Part shown: one piece after another, positions 7,564 to 16,438 of the stretch
Layout of the letters: the number at the start of each line of letters is the position of its first letter
Position numbering within the stretch: the stretch's first letter is position 1
Assembly (NCBI GenBank): GCA_040752415.1
Contig: JBFMGU010000141.1
Span: 1-27,735, forward strand
Length of the DNA: 27,735 bases
Direction of reading: 5' to 3'
Source of the DNA: Myxococcota bacterium
Lineage (GTDB): Bacteria; Myxococcota; JACRCW01
The notes under the pieces: model-generated
Told to the model about the DNA's origin: nothing
What the model saw: the letters and a program-made list of their open reading frames with translations, nothing else
Databases searched by the model: none
Position numbers and translations under genes: made by a program

Positions 7564-9363
7564 TCAGGACAACGCCAGGAGACGCTCGCTGGGCAGGTGC
7601 ACCGGCCAGGGCGCGGGACGCTCGCGCAAGGTTTGCCAGCGGTCATGCGTGAGCTCCACCTGGAGATGGTAGCGGCCATCCCCCGACGGCGGCGCGTGCA
7701 GGTGCAGGAACACCGTGACGCGGTGGGGCGCTTCCGTCACCAGCACCGGCCACGCGCGGAAGGCCCCGTCTCCGTCGTCACCCAGGCGGATGTGGTTGGC
7801 GCGGACGCCCACGTGGCTGGCCGGCTCGCGCAGCGGCAGCTCACAGTTCCAGTCCACCGCGCGCACGCGTCCGTCGGGGAGCGGCTCCGCGCGGGAGATG
7901 TTCTTGCATCCCGTCACCCGTGCCACGTCGACCGTCCGCGGATGATGCAGCACCTCCGCGCGCGGACCCTGCGCGGCAACCTGCCCCCGCACCATCACCG
8001 CCAGCGCGGGGCACAGCCGGTAGGCCTCGTCCACGTCGTGGGTCACCAGCACCGTGACGCCGTGGTAGCTGGCCAGCGTGGAGAGCAGCGCGGTCTGCAT
8101 CTGGTGCCGCAGGTGCCAATCCAGCGCGGCAAAGGGCTCATCCAACAGCAGCGCGTCGGGGCGGGGCGCCAGCGCGCGGGCCAGCGCCACCCGTTGTCTT
8201 TGACCACCGGAGAGCTCGTCGGGGCGACGCTCCGCGAGCTCCTCGAGCTGCACCTCCCGCAACAGCTCCAGCACGCGCGCCTCGACGACACTGGCGGGCT
8301 GGCCGTGCAGACCGAAGGCCACGTTCTGACGCACGGTTAGGTGCGGGAACAACGCGTAGTCCTGGAACACCACCCCCACGCGACGCTCGCGCGCCGGCAC
8401 GTTGATGCCCGCCGCCGTGTCCAACAGCGTGCGCCCCCCGACGACAATCCGCCCCTCATCCACCGGCTCGATCCCCGCGAGGCAGCGCAGCGTCATGCTC
8501 TTGCCCGCGCCGGAAGGACCCAACAGTCCCAACCCGGAGCCCGCGTGCTGCAGCGCCACGTCGAGGCGGAAGGTTCCGCGTCGTCGCAGCACGCGCAGGT
8601 CCAGGGTGGCGCCCGGGGCCGGCGGGGCGGCGGGATGGAGGTGCACGCGCATGGGCACGTCGACGTCGAGCGGCGCGGGATGCGGTTTGGGTTGGGCATG
8701 CGTGGCCACCACCAGTCGCGCGGTGCCGAGATGATTGGCCAGCAGCATCATGACCACGGAGATGAGCACCATGATGCCCACCCAGGTGGCGGCGAGGGTG
8801 GTGTCGCCGGCCTCGGAGAAGAAGAAGATGGCCACCGGGATGGTCTGCGTCTTCCCCGGGATGTTCCCCGCCAGCATCAACGTGGCGCCGAACTCGCCCA
8901 GCGCGCGGGCAAACGCGAGCACCACGCCGGCGAGGATTCCCGGCCACGCCAGCGGGATGCTGATGCGACGGAACACGCGCCACTCGGAGGCGCCCAGCGT
9001 GCGCGCGGCATGCAGCAGCGACTCATCCACCTGCTCCAACGCGCCCAGCGCCGTCTTGTACATGAGCGGGAAGGCCACCACCGCCGCGGCAATGATCGCT
9101 CCACCGACGGAGAACACCGGGGACGCGTCCAGCTCATACAGCACCCGCCCCACCGCGCTCTGGCGACCCAGCAGCCACAAGAGCAGGAAACCCACCACGG
9201 TGGGCGGCAGCACCAGGGGCAACATCAGCACGCTGTCCAACACACCGCGCCACACGCTCCGCACCCGCTGCATGCGCCACGCCGCCGCCAATCCCACCAC
9301 CAGCGTCACGACGGTGGCGGCCACCGAGGTCTGCAGCGAGATGATGAGCGGGGAGAAGTCCAT
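7564..9363 (-). CDS. modBC: Fused molybdate ABC transporter permease/ATPase (ModB-ModC)
   Basis: The N-half is ModB (LPLVLPPTVVGF, AARTLGAS, FARALGEFGAT, NIPGKTQTIP). The C-half is an ABC ATPase (GPSGAGKS, VFQDYALFPHL, LSGGQRQRVALARAL, LLLDEPF, VTHD). One reading frame; start refined to MDFSPLIISL. Confidence 0.93.
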   Translation of the reverse strand: MDFSPLIISLQTSVAATVVTLVVGLAAAWRMQRVRSVWRGVLDSVLMLPLVLPPTVVGFLLLWLLGRQSAVGRVLYELDASPVFSVGGAIIAAAVVAFPLMYKTALGALEQVDESLLHAARTLGASEWRVFRRISIPLAWPGILAGVVLAFARALGEFGATLMLAGNIPGKTQTIPVAIFFFSEAGDTTLAATWVGIMVLISVVMMLLANHLGTARLVVATHAQPKPHPAPLDVDVPMRVHLHPAAPPAPGATLDLRVLRRRGTFRLDVALQHAGSGLGLLGPSGAGKSMTLRCLAGIEPVDEGRIVVGGRTLLDTAAGINVPARERRVGVVFQDYALFPHLTVRQNVAFGLHGQPASVVEARVLELLREVQLEELAERRPDELSGGQRQRVALARALAPRPDALLLDEPFAALDWHLRHQMQTALLSTLASYHGVTVLVTHDVDEAYRLCPALAVMVRGQVAAQGPRAEVLHHPRTVDVARVTGCKNISRAEPLPDGRVRAVDWNCELPLREPASHVGVRANHIRLGDDGDGAFRAWPVLVTEAPHRVTVFLHLHAPPSGDGRYHLQVELTHDRWQTLRERPAPWPVHLPSERLLALS

Positions 9364-9367
9364 GGCG

Positions 9368-10135
9368 TCAGGGTGTGGGCGGCAGGAAGCCGTGGTGCAC
9401 CAGGATTCCGCGCGTGGCGGGACCCTGCAGGAACTGGATGAAACGCCGTGCCTCGTCGGGATTCCGCGTGGCGCGCACCGCGGCCACCGGGTAGACGATG
9501 GGCGCATGCGAGCCGGCGGGCAGCGTGGTGACAACGCGAACGCGTGCGGAGCTGCGCGCATCCGTGGCGTACACCAGGCCCGCTTCCACGTTGCCGCTCT
9601 CCACGTAGGTCAGCACCTGCCGCACGTCCTTGGCGTAGACCAGCTTCGTCCGCAGCGCGTCCCACATCCCCAACGACGTCAACGCCTCGCGCGCGTAGGT
9701 GCCGGCGGGAACGCTGCCCGGCTCACCCAGCGCGACCCTCCGCACCTCCGTGGTGACGAGGTCGCTCAGCTGCAGGGCGGAGTCCTTGGCGGAAATCACC
9801 ACGAGCTCATTGCGGGCCAGCACCGCGCGTGTTCCCTGGAGGAGCAGGCCGCGGTCTTCCAAGGCATCCAGCTGCTGCTTCGCCGCGGAGATGAACACGT
9901 CCACCGGCGCGCCCTGTTCCACCTGGTGCTGCAACGCGCCGGACGCGCCGAAGTTGAAGGTGAGCACCACGTCCGGCGCCTGCGCCTGGTAGGCGCGCGC
10001 CACCTCGGTCAGTACGTCGCGGAGGCTGGCGGCGGCGGAGACGGTGAGCTCCACCCGTCGGGGCGCGGCGGCCGCCAGCACCAGGCACGGCACCACACCA
10101 AGCGCGAGAGCGCGGAGCCACCGGGGAATGCGCAT
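9368..10135 (-). CDS. modA: Molybdate ABC transporter periplasmic binding protein
   Basis: VSAAASL, FNFGASGAL, GAPVDVFISA, SVPAGTYA, DVRQVLTYVESG and GLVYATDA. Signal peptide present; GAGGA before ATG 10135. Confidence 0.95.
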   Translation of the reverse strand: MRIPRWLRALALGVVPCLVLAAAAPRRVELTVSAAASLRDVLTEVARAYQAQAPDVVLTFNFGASGALQHQVEQGAPVDVFISAAKQQLDALEDRGLLLQGTRAVLARNELVVISAKDSALQLSDLVTTEVRRVALGEPGSVPAGTYAREALTSLGMWDALRTKLVYAKDVRQVLTYVESGNVEAGLVYATDARSSARVRVVTTLPAGSHAPIVYPVAAVRATRNPDEARRFIQFLQGPATRGILVHHGFLPPTP

Positions 10136-10157
10136 GGGTTCCTCGAGATTCACGAGC

Positions 10158-10337
10158 CTACTCCAGCGCCACCAGCGTGACCCGCACCTCGCGCGCGGCG
10201 CCGTCGCGCACCACCTCCAGCGTGACGGTGGCGCCCACCCCCGCGGCCTCGAACGCGTAGAACAGGTCGTCGGTGGTGGTGACGGGCTCCCGTCGACGGC
10301 AACGGAACAACAGCGGCACGAGCACGCGGGAGCGCAT
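10158..10337 (-). pseudogene. Remnant of an HtrA/DegP-like PDZ protease gene (internal deletion plus frameshift)
   Basis: The 59-codon ORF starts like a signal peptide (MRSRVLVPLLF) and ends with a PDZ C-terminus (EPVTTTDDLFYAFEAAGVGATVTLEVVRDGAAREVRVTL). The expected preceding VAVDG is present but 1 nt out of frame (gtt gcc gtc gac gg gag ccc). Confidence 0.65.
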
Positions 10338-10489
10338 CAGGGAGACCTGGGACAGAGCCGGTGCGTTCCATAGCACCTCGCGCCAGTGCCCGCCTCGTCG
10401 TGATGTCCTTGAAGGGAGGCGTCGTCGCTCAACCAGGAGACGCCCGAAAACCACGAACCCCTGAAACCACCGCGGAGATGCCGCGCGAT

Positions 10490-11005
10490 CTACTGCGCAC
10501 CCTCGACGATTTCGGTGAGCGCGGCCTCACAGCGGCCCGCCGTCGCCTCCGGTTGGCCGGAGGAGGAACTGACACTCTCGGTCGTGGGTCCGTCGGTCGC
10601 GTCGCAGGTCAGCAGCAGGTGCGCTTCGTCCACGCGTGAGGCCTGGCAGCGGCGGCTGCTCAGACGGGTGCCAGCATCCACCGCGCCTGGCATGCCCCCG
10701 TCCGAGGACCGGTTGGGAATGAAGCCATGCAATGCCCAATCACCGTGCCGGATGTCGAAATCCGCCCCCAGCTCACCTTCAACCGGCAGCCGTGGATCAC
10801 CGGAAATCACGTTCATGAAGACACCGCAGAGATTCTCACCACTGAAGATTTCGATCACCGCGTCCGAGCCGCAGCTGCCTGTCACTGCGTAAGGCACGGT
10901 CTGATCGGCGTGGTTGCAGCGACGATTGCTGACCGGAGTGGCCAACAACACCAACGCGGTGGCGAGCAACACGGTCATCCGCAGCGCCTGTTGACACCGT
11001 GTCAT
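10490..11005 (-). CDS. Hypothetical Cys-rich exported protein
   Basis: ATG 11005 overlaps the upstream stop (ATGA). Hydrophobic N-terminal segment and several spaced Cys. Confidence 0.65.
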   Translation of the reverse strand: MTRCQQALRMTVLLATALVLLATPVSNRRCNHADQTVPYAVTGSCGSDAVIEIFSGENLCGVFMNVISGDPRLPVEGELGADFDIRHGDWALHGFIPNRSSDGGMPGAVDAGTRLSSRRCQASRVDEAHLLLTCDATDGPTTESVSSSSGQPEATAGRCEAALTEIVEGAQ

Positions 11006-11427
11006 GCTCGCTCCGTCTGGGTGCGCTTCAGGCCATAGGCGTAGGCGAGGGCGACGAATGGCAAGGCCATGAGGTCCGTGGGATCCGCGGCAATGCGATA
11101 ACCGTGCAGACCGAGCGGCGCCCCGAGCACGGCCAGGAGGCGGCACAACGCGTCCGCGGCATCCCGGCTCAGGGACACCGGCACAAAGATCCCGAGCGTG
11201 ACGAGCACACCCAACCCGAGGCGGTGGCGCGGGCGGAGAGGCACCACCGCGCCCATCAGCGCCGAGACATAGAGCGGCAGGAAGAAACAACCGGCAAAAT
11301 CCGAGAGCTTGCCGGTGAGCGCGTTGTGGAAGTCCGCCTTGAGCCAGTGGTCATTCACCGCCATCACCAGGACGGCAATGAGCGTCGCCGGCGCAAAGAA
11401 TTCCCGCATTGCCGGTCGCTCAACCAT
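11002..11427 (-). CDS. Small integral membrane protein of the uncharacterised NDHxLK/TGKLSD family
   Basis: NDHWLK, LTGKLSDFAG and DPTDL motifs; 3-4 hydrophobic segments; start/stop overlaps on both sides. Confidence 0.8.
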   Translation of the reverse strand: MVERPAMREFFAPATLIAVLVMAVNDHWLKADFHNALTGKLSDFAGCFFLPLYVSALMGAVVPLRPRHRLGLGVLVTLGIFVPVSLSRDAADALCRLLAVLGAPLGLHGYRIAADPTDLMALPFVALAYAYGLKRTQTERA

Positions 11428-12449
11428 CAGCGCATCCTGCGAAATCGGAGGAACAAGAACGCGACGAACGGCAACACGTGTGCATCACCCGTCCCGTTGC
11501 ATCCGGTCCGTTCCGTCGGCGGAGAATACTCCGAGGTGTGGTACAGCAGCACCGCGCTTGCCGCGCCGTAATGGACCGCGGTGGTGTGCGGATACCTGCC
11601 GCTCCCCCACACGACGATACCGGGCTCGGTGAGACGGGCACGGTAACCGTCGGAGCTCAGGGACACCCGCACGCCGTTCACTTCCCTGCCGTCCTGGTCG
11701 AACGTGCGGGGCCACGCCGTTCCCTGCCCGCCGTCGCGCGGGTCGCGCACCTCGAGCTCGATGCGGGCAACATCCCGCGCAACCGTGATGTCCATGAGGA
11801 AACCGGCGTCGCCAACGGATACGTCCAGTGAGCCCGCCTCGGCGCATCTCACGACGATGCCGTCCATGGGCTCCTCGGTCGATGATGGACGCGTTTGGCA
11901 GCTGGAGGCCAGCTGGGGAACCGCACGGCCGTGCAATGCAACTCCGTCATTTCGATAGCGGAACCATAGTGTCGTTTCGTATTCACCAAGCAAATGGAGC
12001 GTCGTCAGCGGCTCCGCGTCGGTTTCGCCGAGAAAGGCCACGCTCTGAGGCGAGAAAACGAGCAGCTCATCCGGCTGCCGAATGGCAAGCGTTGTCTGAC
12101 CGATCACCGCGCCAGCGGAGTTCTTTGCAACCAGGACCGCCTCGCCGGTTGCCCGCGCCTGGATGCGCGCGTCCACACCCACACCCTCCGAGCGTCCAAC
12201 ACTGCTGACGTCCACGACGGCAACGACGTCCGGCGACGAGGACTCCACCGTGGCCGGGATGTCTTCCTCTTCCAGGGTACTGGCTGTGGCGTAGACGAAG
12301 ATCGTGGGCTCGGCGCTCAGGACGAGCGGCTGCTCAAGTGGGGTGATGACCCGACCGGCGAATCCAAAGTGGACCGGCACGGGAGCACGCTCCTGCTGCC
12401 CCGAACACGCGGGCCACAGCAGGACCAGGAGAACGCCGGCGGTGCGCAC
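11427..12449 (-). CDS. Putative lipoprotein with Ig-like beta-rich region and a MYXO-CTERM-like C-terminal tail
   Basis: The GTG start gives MRTAGVLLVLLWPA-C (lipobox-like). ATVESSSPDVVAV and ARATGEAVLVA resemble Ig-like (Big_2) strands. The C-terminus is TGCNGTGDAHVLPFVAFLFLRFRRMR. Start is inferred. Confidence 0.65.
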   Translation of the reverse strand: MRTAGVLLVLLWPACSGQQERAPVPVHFGFAGRVITPLEQPLVLSAEPTIFVYATASTLEEEDIPATVESSSPDVVAVVDVSSVGRSEGVGVDARIQARATGEAVLVAKNSAGAVIGQTTLAIRQPDELLVFSPQSVAFLGETDAEPLTTLHLLGEYETTLWFRYRNDGVALHGRAVPQLASSCQTRPSSTEEPMDGIVVRCAEAGSLDVSVGDAGFLMDITVARDVARIELEVRDPRDGGQGTAWPRTFDQDGREVNGVRVSLSSDGYRARLTEPGIVVWGSGRYPHTTAVHYGAASAVLLYHTSEYSPPTERTGCNGTGDAHVLPFVAFLFLRFRRMR

Positions 12450-12602
12450 GGGAGAAACATAGCATGCGGCGAATCGACGGGGAGAAACGGCTCCCGCCCG
12501 CGGCACCTTCCGCCTCGTCGTGATGTCCGCGCCAACGCCTGGCTTGAGGGGCCGCGTCTCGTCGGTAGAACGACGCAGGTGCAGCACAGGTGGAGGCAAG
12601 CC

Positions 12603-13262
12603 ATGAGATTGCACGCGCTTTTCTACGGGTTGCTGATGGCAGCCCTTGGCGTCGGGATGGCAATGGACTCCCGCGCCCAGGATGAGAAGTCCGGAGCCGC
12701 GGCCGGTGCCGAGATGAAGGACACCGACCAGCGCGGGCTGGGAGACAAGCTGGATGAGCAGAAGCCCCTGGACACCGGCGTGGACACCGGCACCACCATG
12801 GGTGACGTGGACACCGGGACCAAGAAGGACGAGGCGGCGCCCATGGGCGCTCAGCCCGGCGTCGACACCGAGGCTCCGGTGGGTGAGCAGGCACCACCGG
12901 CGCAGCCCGGCGCGGGCGGCGACACCATGCCGCAGCCCGGCGCGCAGCAGGGCATGGCCGCGCCCGTCGACCACGTGAACATGGTGCTCTCCAGGCTGGA
13001 CCGGTTGGAGAAGCTGGTGAATGACCTGGACCAGGTCAGCAAGTCCGGCGGCGAGAACAAGTACGCCAACAAGATCAACCGCAACATCAAGGACATGCGC
13101 GAGAAGATCGCCGACCTGCGCAAGAAGGTGCAGGACGACAAGGACTTCACCGAGAAGGACTACGACAAGGTGGAGAAGGACCTCGGCAAGCTGAAGGTGA
13201 AGTTCGCCGACACCGCCTGGTACCTGCCCGCGGATCAGCAGGAGCGGCTCGGCAAGCCGTGA
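12603..13262 (+). CDS. Hypothetical secreted protein (acidic low-complexity region plus Lys/Asp-rich helical domain)
   Basis: GGAGG at 12592-12596 before ATG 12603; signal peptide MRLHALFYGLLMAALGVGMAMDSRA-Q; strong G/C third-position bias. Confidence 0.8.
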   Translation: MRLHALFYGLLMAALGVGMAMDSRAQDEKSGAAAGAEMKDTDQRGLGDKLDEQKPLDTGVDTGTTMGDVDTGTKKDEAAPMGAQPGVDTEAPVGEQAPPAQPGAGGDTMPQPGAQQGMAAPVDHVNMVLSRLDRLEKLVNDLDQVSKSGGENKYANKINRNIKDMREKIADLRKKVQDDKDFTEKDYDKVEKDLGKLKVKFADTAWYLPADQQERLGKP

Positions 13263-13343
13263 TGCCGCACAAGCAGGGCGCGGAACGGATTGGCCTGCGC
13301 AGCGGAGGGGTGACCTGCGCTGCGTGGGCCTGTTTCCGTGGGC

Positions 13344-14204
13344 TCATCCCTCCGCGCAGCCCCCGGTCTCCGGCGGAGTGGCCAGCACGGTCAGTCCCGG
13401 GGCGGGGGCCGTGGCACGTCGTGAGCTCTCCCCGCCCGCCTGCTCCCACGCGCGCAGCACGTCGCGGTCCAGCAGGTGCGTGGGACGGACGTTCTTCAAC
13501 GCGCGCGCCATGACGTGACGCACCTGCGGATGCCGCGCCGCCAGGCCGTTGAGCAGCTCACGCATCTGGTCGCGCTGCAGGCCCTCCTGGGAGCCGCACA
13601 GGTTGCAGGGCAGGATGGGGAAGGCCTGCAGCCGCGCGAACTCCGCGAGCTGCTCCTCCCCCACGTCGATGAGCGGGCGGATGACCTCGAAGCGCCCGTC
13701 GTCGGTGGTGTAGCGCGCCGGCATGGCCTGCAGCTTCCCGGTGAAGAACATGTTCATCAGGAAGGTCTCCAGCGCGTCGTCACGGTGGTGGCCCAGCGCG
13801 ATCTTGTTGCACCCCAGCCGCGCCGCCGCGCTGTACAGGATCCCGCGCCGCAGCCGGCTGCACACCGCGCAGTACGTCCCGCCCTGGGGCGTGCGCTCCA
13901 CCACCGTGGTGTAGGTGTCCTCGTGGATGATCTCGTGCGGGATGCCGCTTTCGCGCAGCCAGTCGGCCAGCGGCGCGCCGTGGTAGCCGGGCTGGCCCTG
14001 GTCCACGTGAACCGCCGTGAGCTGGAACGCAAACGGTGCGCGCGCGCGGGCCCGCCACAACAGGTGCAAGAGCGCGTAGCTGTCCTTGCCGCCGCTGATG
14101 GCCACCAGGATGTGGTCGCCGGCGCGGATGAGCCCGTGCTCCTCCACGGTGCGCATCATGCTGCGGGCCAGGCTCTTCTCCAGGTTGTGCGCGGGGTGGG
14201 ACAT
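13344..14204 (-). CDS. ttcA: tRNA 2-thiocytidine(32) synthetase TtcA
   Basis: PP-loop VAISGGKDS, CAVCSRLRRGILY, IALGHHRDD, VIRPL and PCNLCGSQ. Start refined to MSHPAH. Confidence 0.95.
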   Translation of the reverse strand: MSHPAHNLEKSLARSMMRTVEEHGLIRAGDHILVAISGGKDSYALLHLLWRARARAPFAFQLTAVHVDQGQPGYHGAPLADWLRESGIPHEIIHEDTYTTVVERTPQGGTYCAVCSRLRRGILYSAAARLGCNKIALGHHRDDALETFLMNMFFTGKLQAMPARYTTDDGRFEVIRPLIDVGEEQLAEFARLQAFPILPCNLCGSQEGLQRDQMRELLNGLAARHPQVRHVMARALKNVRPTHLLDRDVLRAWEQAGGESSRRATAPAPGLTVLATPPETGGCAEG

Positions 14205-14476
14205 GCCCCCCGGATAACCATGCGGCGGGTGGGATGGCAACCCGCATGACGTGAGGAGGGCGCACAGCCACCACGTCCCGCGCGACGGCAGATTCCCATG
14301 CAAGGTGCGTTGGCACCCGTTACCCTCCCCTCAGCGCTCACGGGCCCGCCATAGCTTTTCGGGCATTTTCTCGTCGGACGGAGCCAGCGGCACCGGCCGG
14401 AGGGAACAGAACGGAAGGCCAGGTGGTCTTGGTGAGCAGGTCTGCATGCACGCGCCGCGCGCCCCGACGAGGTCCC

Positions 14477-15307
14477 ATGATCCGCAATCCCCTCCGCGCC
14501 TTGTTTGTGTTGCCCCTGCTCTTGTGGGGGCGTGAGGTCCTGGCCTGCCCGCCCATGGCCCTGGGTGAGTCCGGCGGCGTCCTGGACGTCCTCTTCCCGC
14601 TGCTGCTGCTGGTGGGCGTTCACACCCTGGTGTTCCGGCTGCTGGCCCCGCCTCCGCTCGCGTTCTCCGAGGAGCGTCGCTTGTGGGGCCTGCGCGCGTG
14701 GAGCGCCGTGCTGAGCGCGTTCCTCATGGCCACGTTCTCGGTGCGGGAATGGTGGGGCTACGCGCGCAAGCTCACGGAGACCATGCGCCAGAAGATCATG
14801 CTGGAGGGCATCAGTGAGGCCTTCAAGCGCCTGGCCAAGGAGGAGCCACGCACCTTCACGCGCATCAGCGGCATGGCGGCGGTGACCGCGGGCCTGGCCA
14901 CCGCGGGCATGTGGACCTGGACCGGCCTGGATCCCGACGTCACCTGGGGTCAGGGCCTGGAGATCCCCATCCTGTTCGCCGTGGACACCGTGTTGACCTG
15001 GACGGTGGTGCGTTTCCTGGCCATGCGCATGGGCTTGCACCTGGCCAAGGACATGGTGGGCCAGCCCGGCTTCTTCCAGCTGTTCCACACCCTGGTGCGC
15101 GGTGGCCTGCTCGGCGGTGCCGCGGGCTGGGTTTTTGGCGCGCTGTTCGGCCTGAGCAGCGGCATCCAGACCTGGGCGTGCATCACCTACGCCACGGTGG
15201 ACGTGATGCCCATGCTGGCCGGCTGGTACGGCCTCAACAGCGTCATCACCGGCGGCGCGGCGGGCGTGATGATGGCGGGCTACCTGATGTGGCGTCGCGG
15301 GAAGTGA
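14477..15307 (+). CDS. Hypothetical multi-pass membrane protein
   Basis: GAGG before ATG 14477; signal-like N-terminus; several hydrophobic/Gly-rich helices; typical codon bias. Confidence 0.72.
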   Translation: MIRNPLRALFVLPLLLWGREVLACPPMALGESGGVLDVLFPLLLLVGVHTLVFRLLAPPPLAFSEERRLWGLRAWSAVLSAFLMATFSVREWWGYARKLTETMRQKIMLEGISEAFKRLAKEEPRTFTRISGMAAVTAGLATAGMWTWTGLDPDVTWGQGLEIPILFAVDTVLTWTVVRFLAMRMGLHLAKDMVGQPGFFQLFHTLVRGGLLGGAAGWVFGALFGLSSGIQTWACITYATVDVMPMLAGWYGLNSVITGGAAGVMMAGYLMWRRGK

Positions 15308-15310
15308 GCC

Positions 15311-16438
15311 TCACGCGCCCTTGTAGCTGAGCAGCGGTGTGAGCCTGCGTTCCACCGCCACCAGCTCCGCCTGCGCCCGCATCACCGCGCGCACGTCCTT
15401 GTAGGCCTCCGGCGCCTCATCCCTGAGCTGTTCCGCCAGGCGCCCGTCAAAGAAGACCCCTTCCATCTGACGCAACAGCTTCCGCGCGCTCACCCGTCGA
15501 CGCGCCTCGCTCCGGCTCAACCTGCGTCCGGCGCCGTGGGCACTGCTGCACAACGCCCGCGCACAGCCGCGTCCGCGCACGTGGTGGCTCACGCTCCCCA
15601 TGGAACCGGGGACGATGCCGCGCTCGCCCTCGGCGGCGGGGATCGCGCCCTTGCGGTGCACCAGCAGGTCCCGTCCCTCGTGCTCTTCGAGGCGGACGTG
15701 GTTGTGGCCGCATTGGAACAGCGTGTCCTCGTCGATGTCCACGCGGAAGAGCGCGCGCATCAGCTCCGCCACCTGCAGCGCCATGGCTCGGCGACTCTCC
15801 TCGGCGAAGCGCAGGGCCCACGCGAGATCAGCCAGGTAGGCGGCACCGGTGACGTCGTGGAGCTCCAAGGCGTGCAGGGGTCCGGAGTGGACGGTGGCCT
15901 GCTGCAGGTGATGGGCGCGGATGGCGGGACCGAGGGCACGGGAACCGCTGTGAACCATGAGCCACAGCGCATCCTGCTCGTCGGACTGCAGCTCCAGGAA
16001 GTGGTTTCCCCGCCCCAGCGTGGCGAACTCCCGCGTGCCCTCCCAGCGCTTCATGCGCTCAAGGCGCGGATGGCTGAGCTCCTGGTCGACGAGGCCGCGC
16101 GGCAGCTCACGGGGACCCGGGTGCATCAGCGCCGGAATGGTCTCCGAGAGATGGTGCAGCAGGGTGGCGGCGCGACGCGGGTGGCGGAGGAGGTCCGCCC
16201 CGACGTCAAACCGCACCGCCAACATGCCGCAGCCAATGTCCCCGCCCACCGCCTGCGGGTAGAGGAGATGCGTGGTGGCCAGCACCGTGCCCACGCACAC
16301 GTCCTCCGCCAGGTGCACGTCTGGCATCACCGCCACCTGCACCACGTCGTCGGCGCGACGCAGGCGCTCCAGCGCGCGCTGCACGTCCTCCGGGAGCGGC
16401 GCGGTGAGCCAGCAGTGCATGGGTGCTGTGGCGCTCAT
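15311..16438 (-). CDS. rtcB: RtcB-family RNA ligase (3'-phosphate/2',3'-cyclic phosphate to 5'-OH)
   Basis: All hallmark motifs are present: MPDVH, GGDIGCG, TLGRGNHF, VHSGSR, HNH, HRKGA, PGSMG, SSAHGAGR (guanylylated His), DEAPEAYK and terminal YKG. RBS GAGGAGG. Confidence 0.95.
   Translation of the reverse strand: MSATAPMHCWLTAPLPEDVQRALERLRRADDVVQVAVMPDVHLAEDVCVGTVLATTHLLYPQAVGGDIGCGMLAVRFDVGADLLRHPRRAATLLHHLSETIPALMHPGPRELPRGLVDQELSHPRLERMKRWEGTREFATLGRGNHFLELQSDEQDALWLMVHSGSRALGPAIRAHHLQQATVHSGPLHALELHDVTGAAYLADLAWALRFAEESRRAMALQVAELMRALFRVDIDEDTLFQCGHNHVRLEEHEGRDLLVHRKGAIPAAEGERGIVPGSMGSVSHHVRGRGCARALCSSAHGAGRRLSRSEARRRVSARKLLRQMEGVFFDGRLAEQLRDEAPEAYKDVRAVMRAQAELVAVERRLTPLLSYKGA

Noticed and set aside
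7536..7679. N-terminal extensions in the ORF track (here phoD; likewise modBC, ttcA, SDR, CHI-like, Yip1, alaX, 11427-12974 and 11994-13262)
   Set aside because: They overlap neighbouring genes. Downstream starts have RBSs, signal peptides or family N-termini, so these are not real fusions.
10136..10489. Moco riboswitch or ModE operator upstream of modA
   Set aside because: No AT-rich ModE palindrome or recognisable riboswitch core is present, and the space is largely occupied by the protease remnant.
14311..14326. Possible sigma54 promoter (TGGCAC); similar hexamers near 5448 (- strand) and 16981
   Set aside because: None has the TTGC/GC -12 element at the required spacing.
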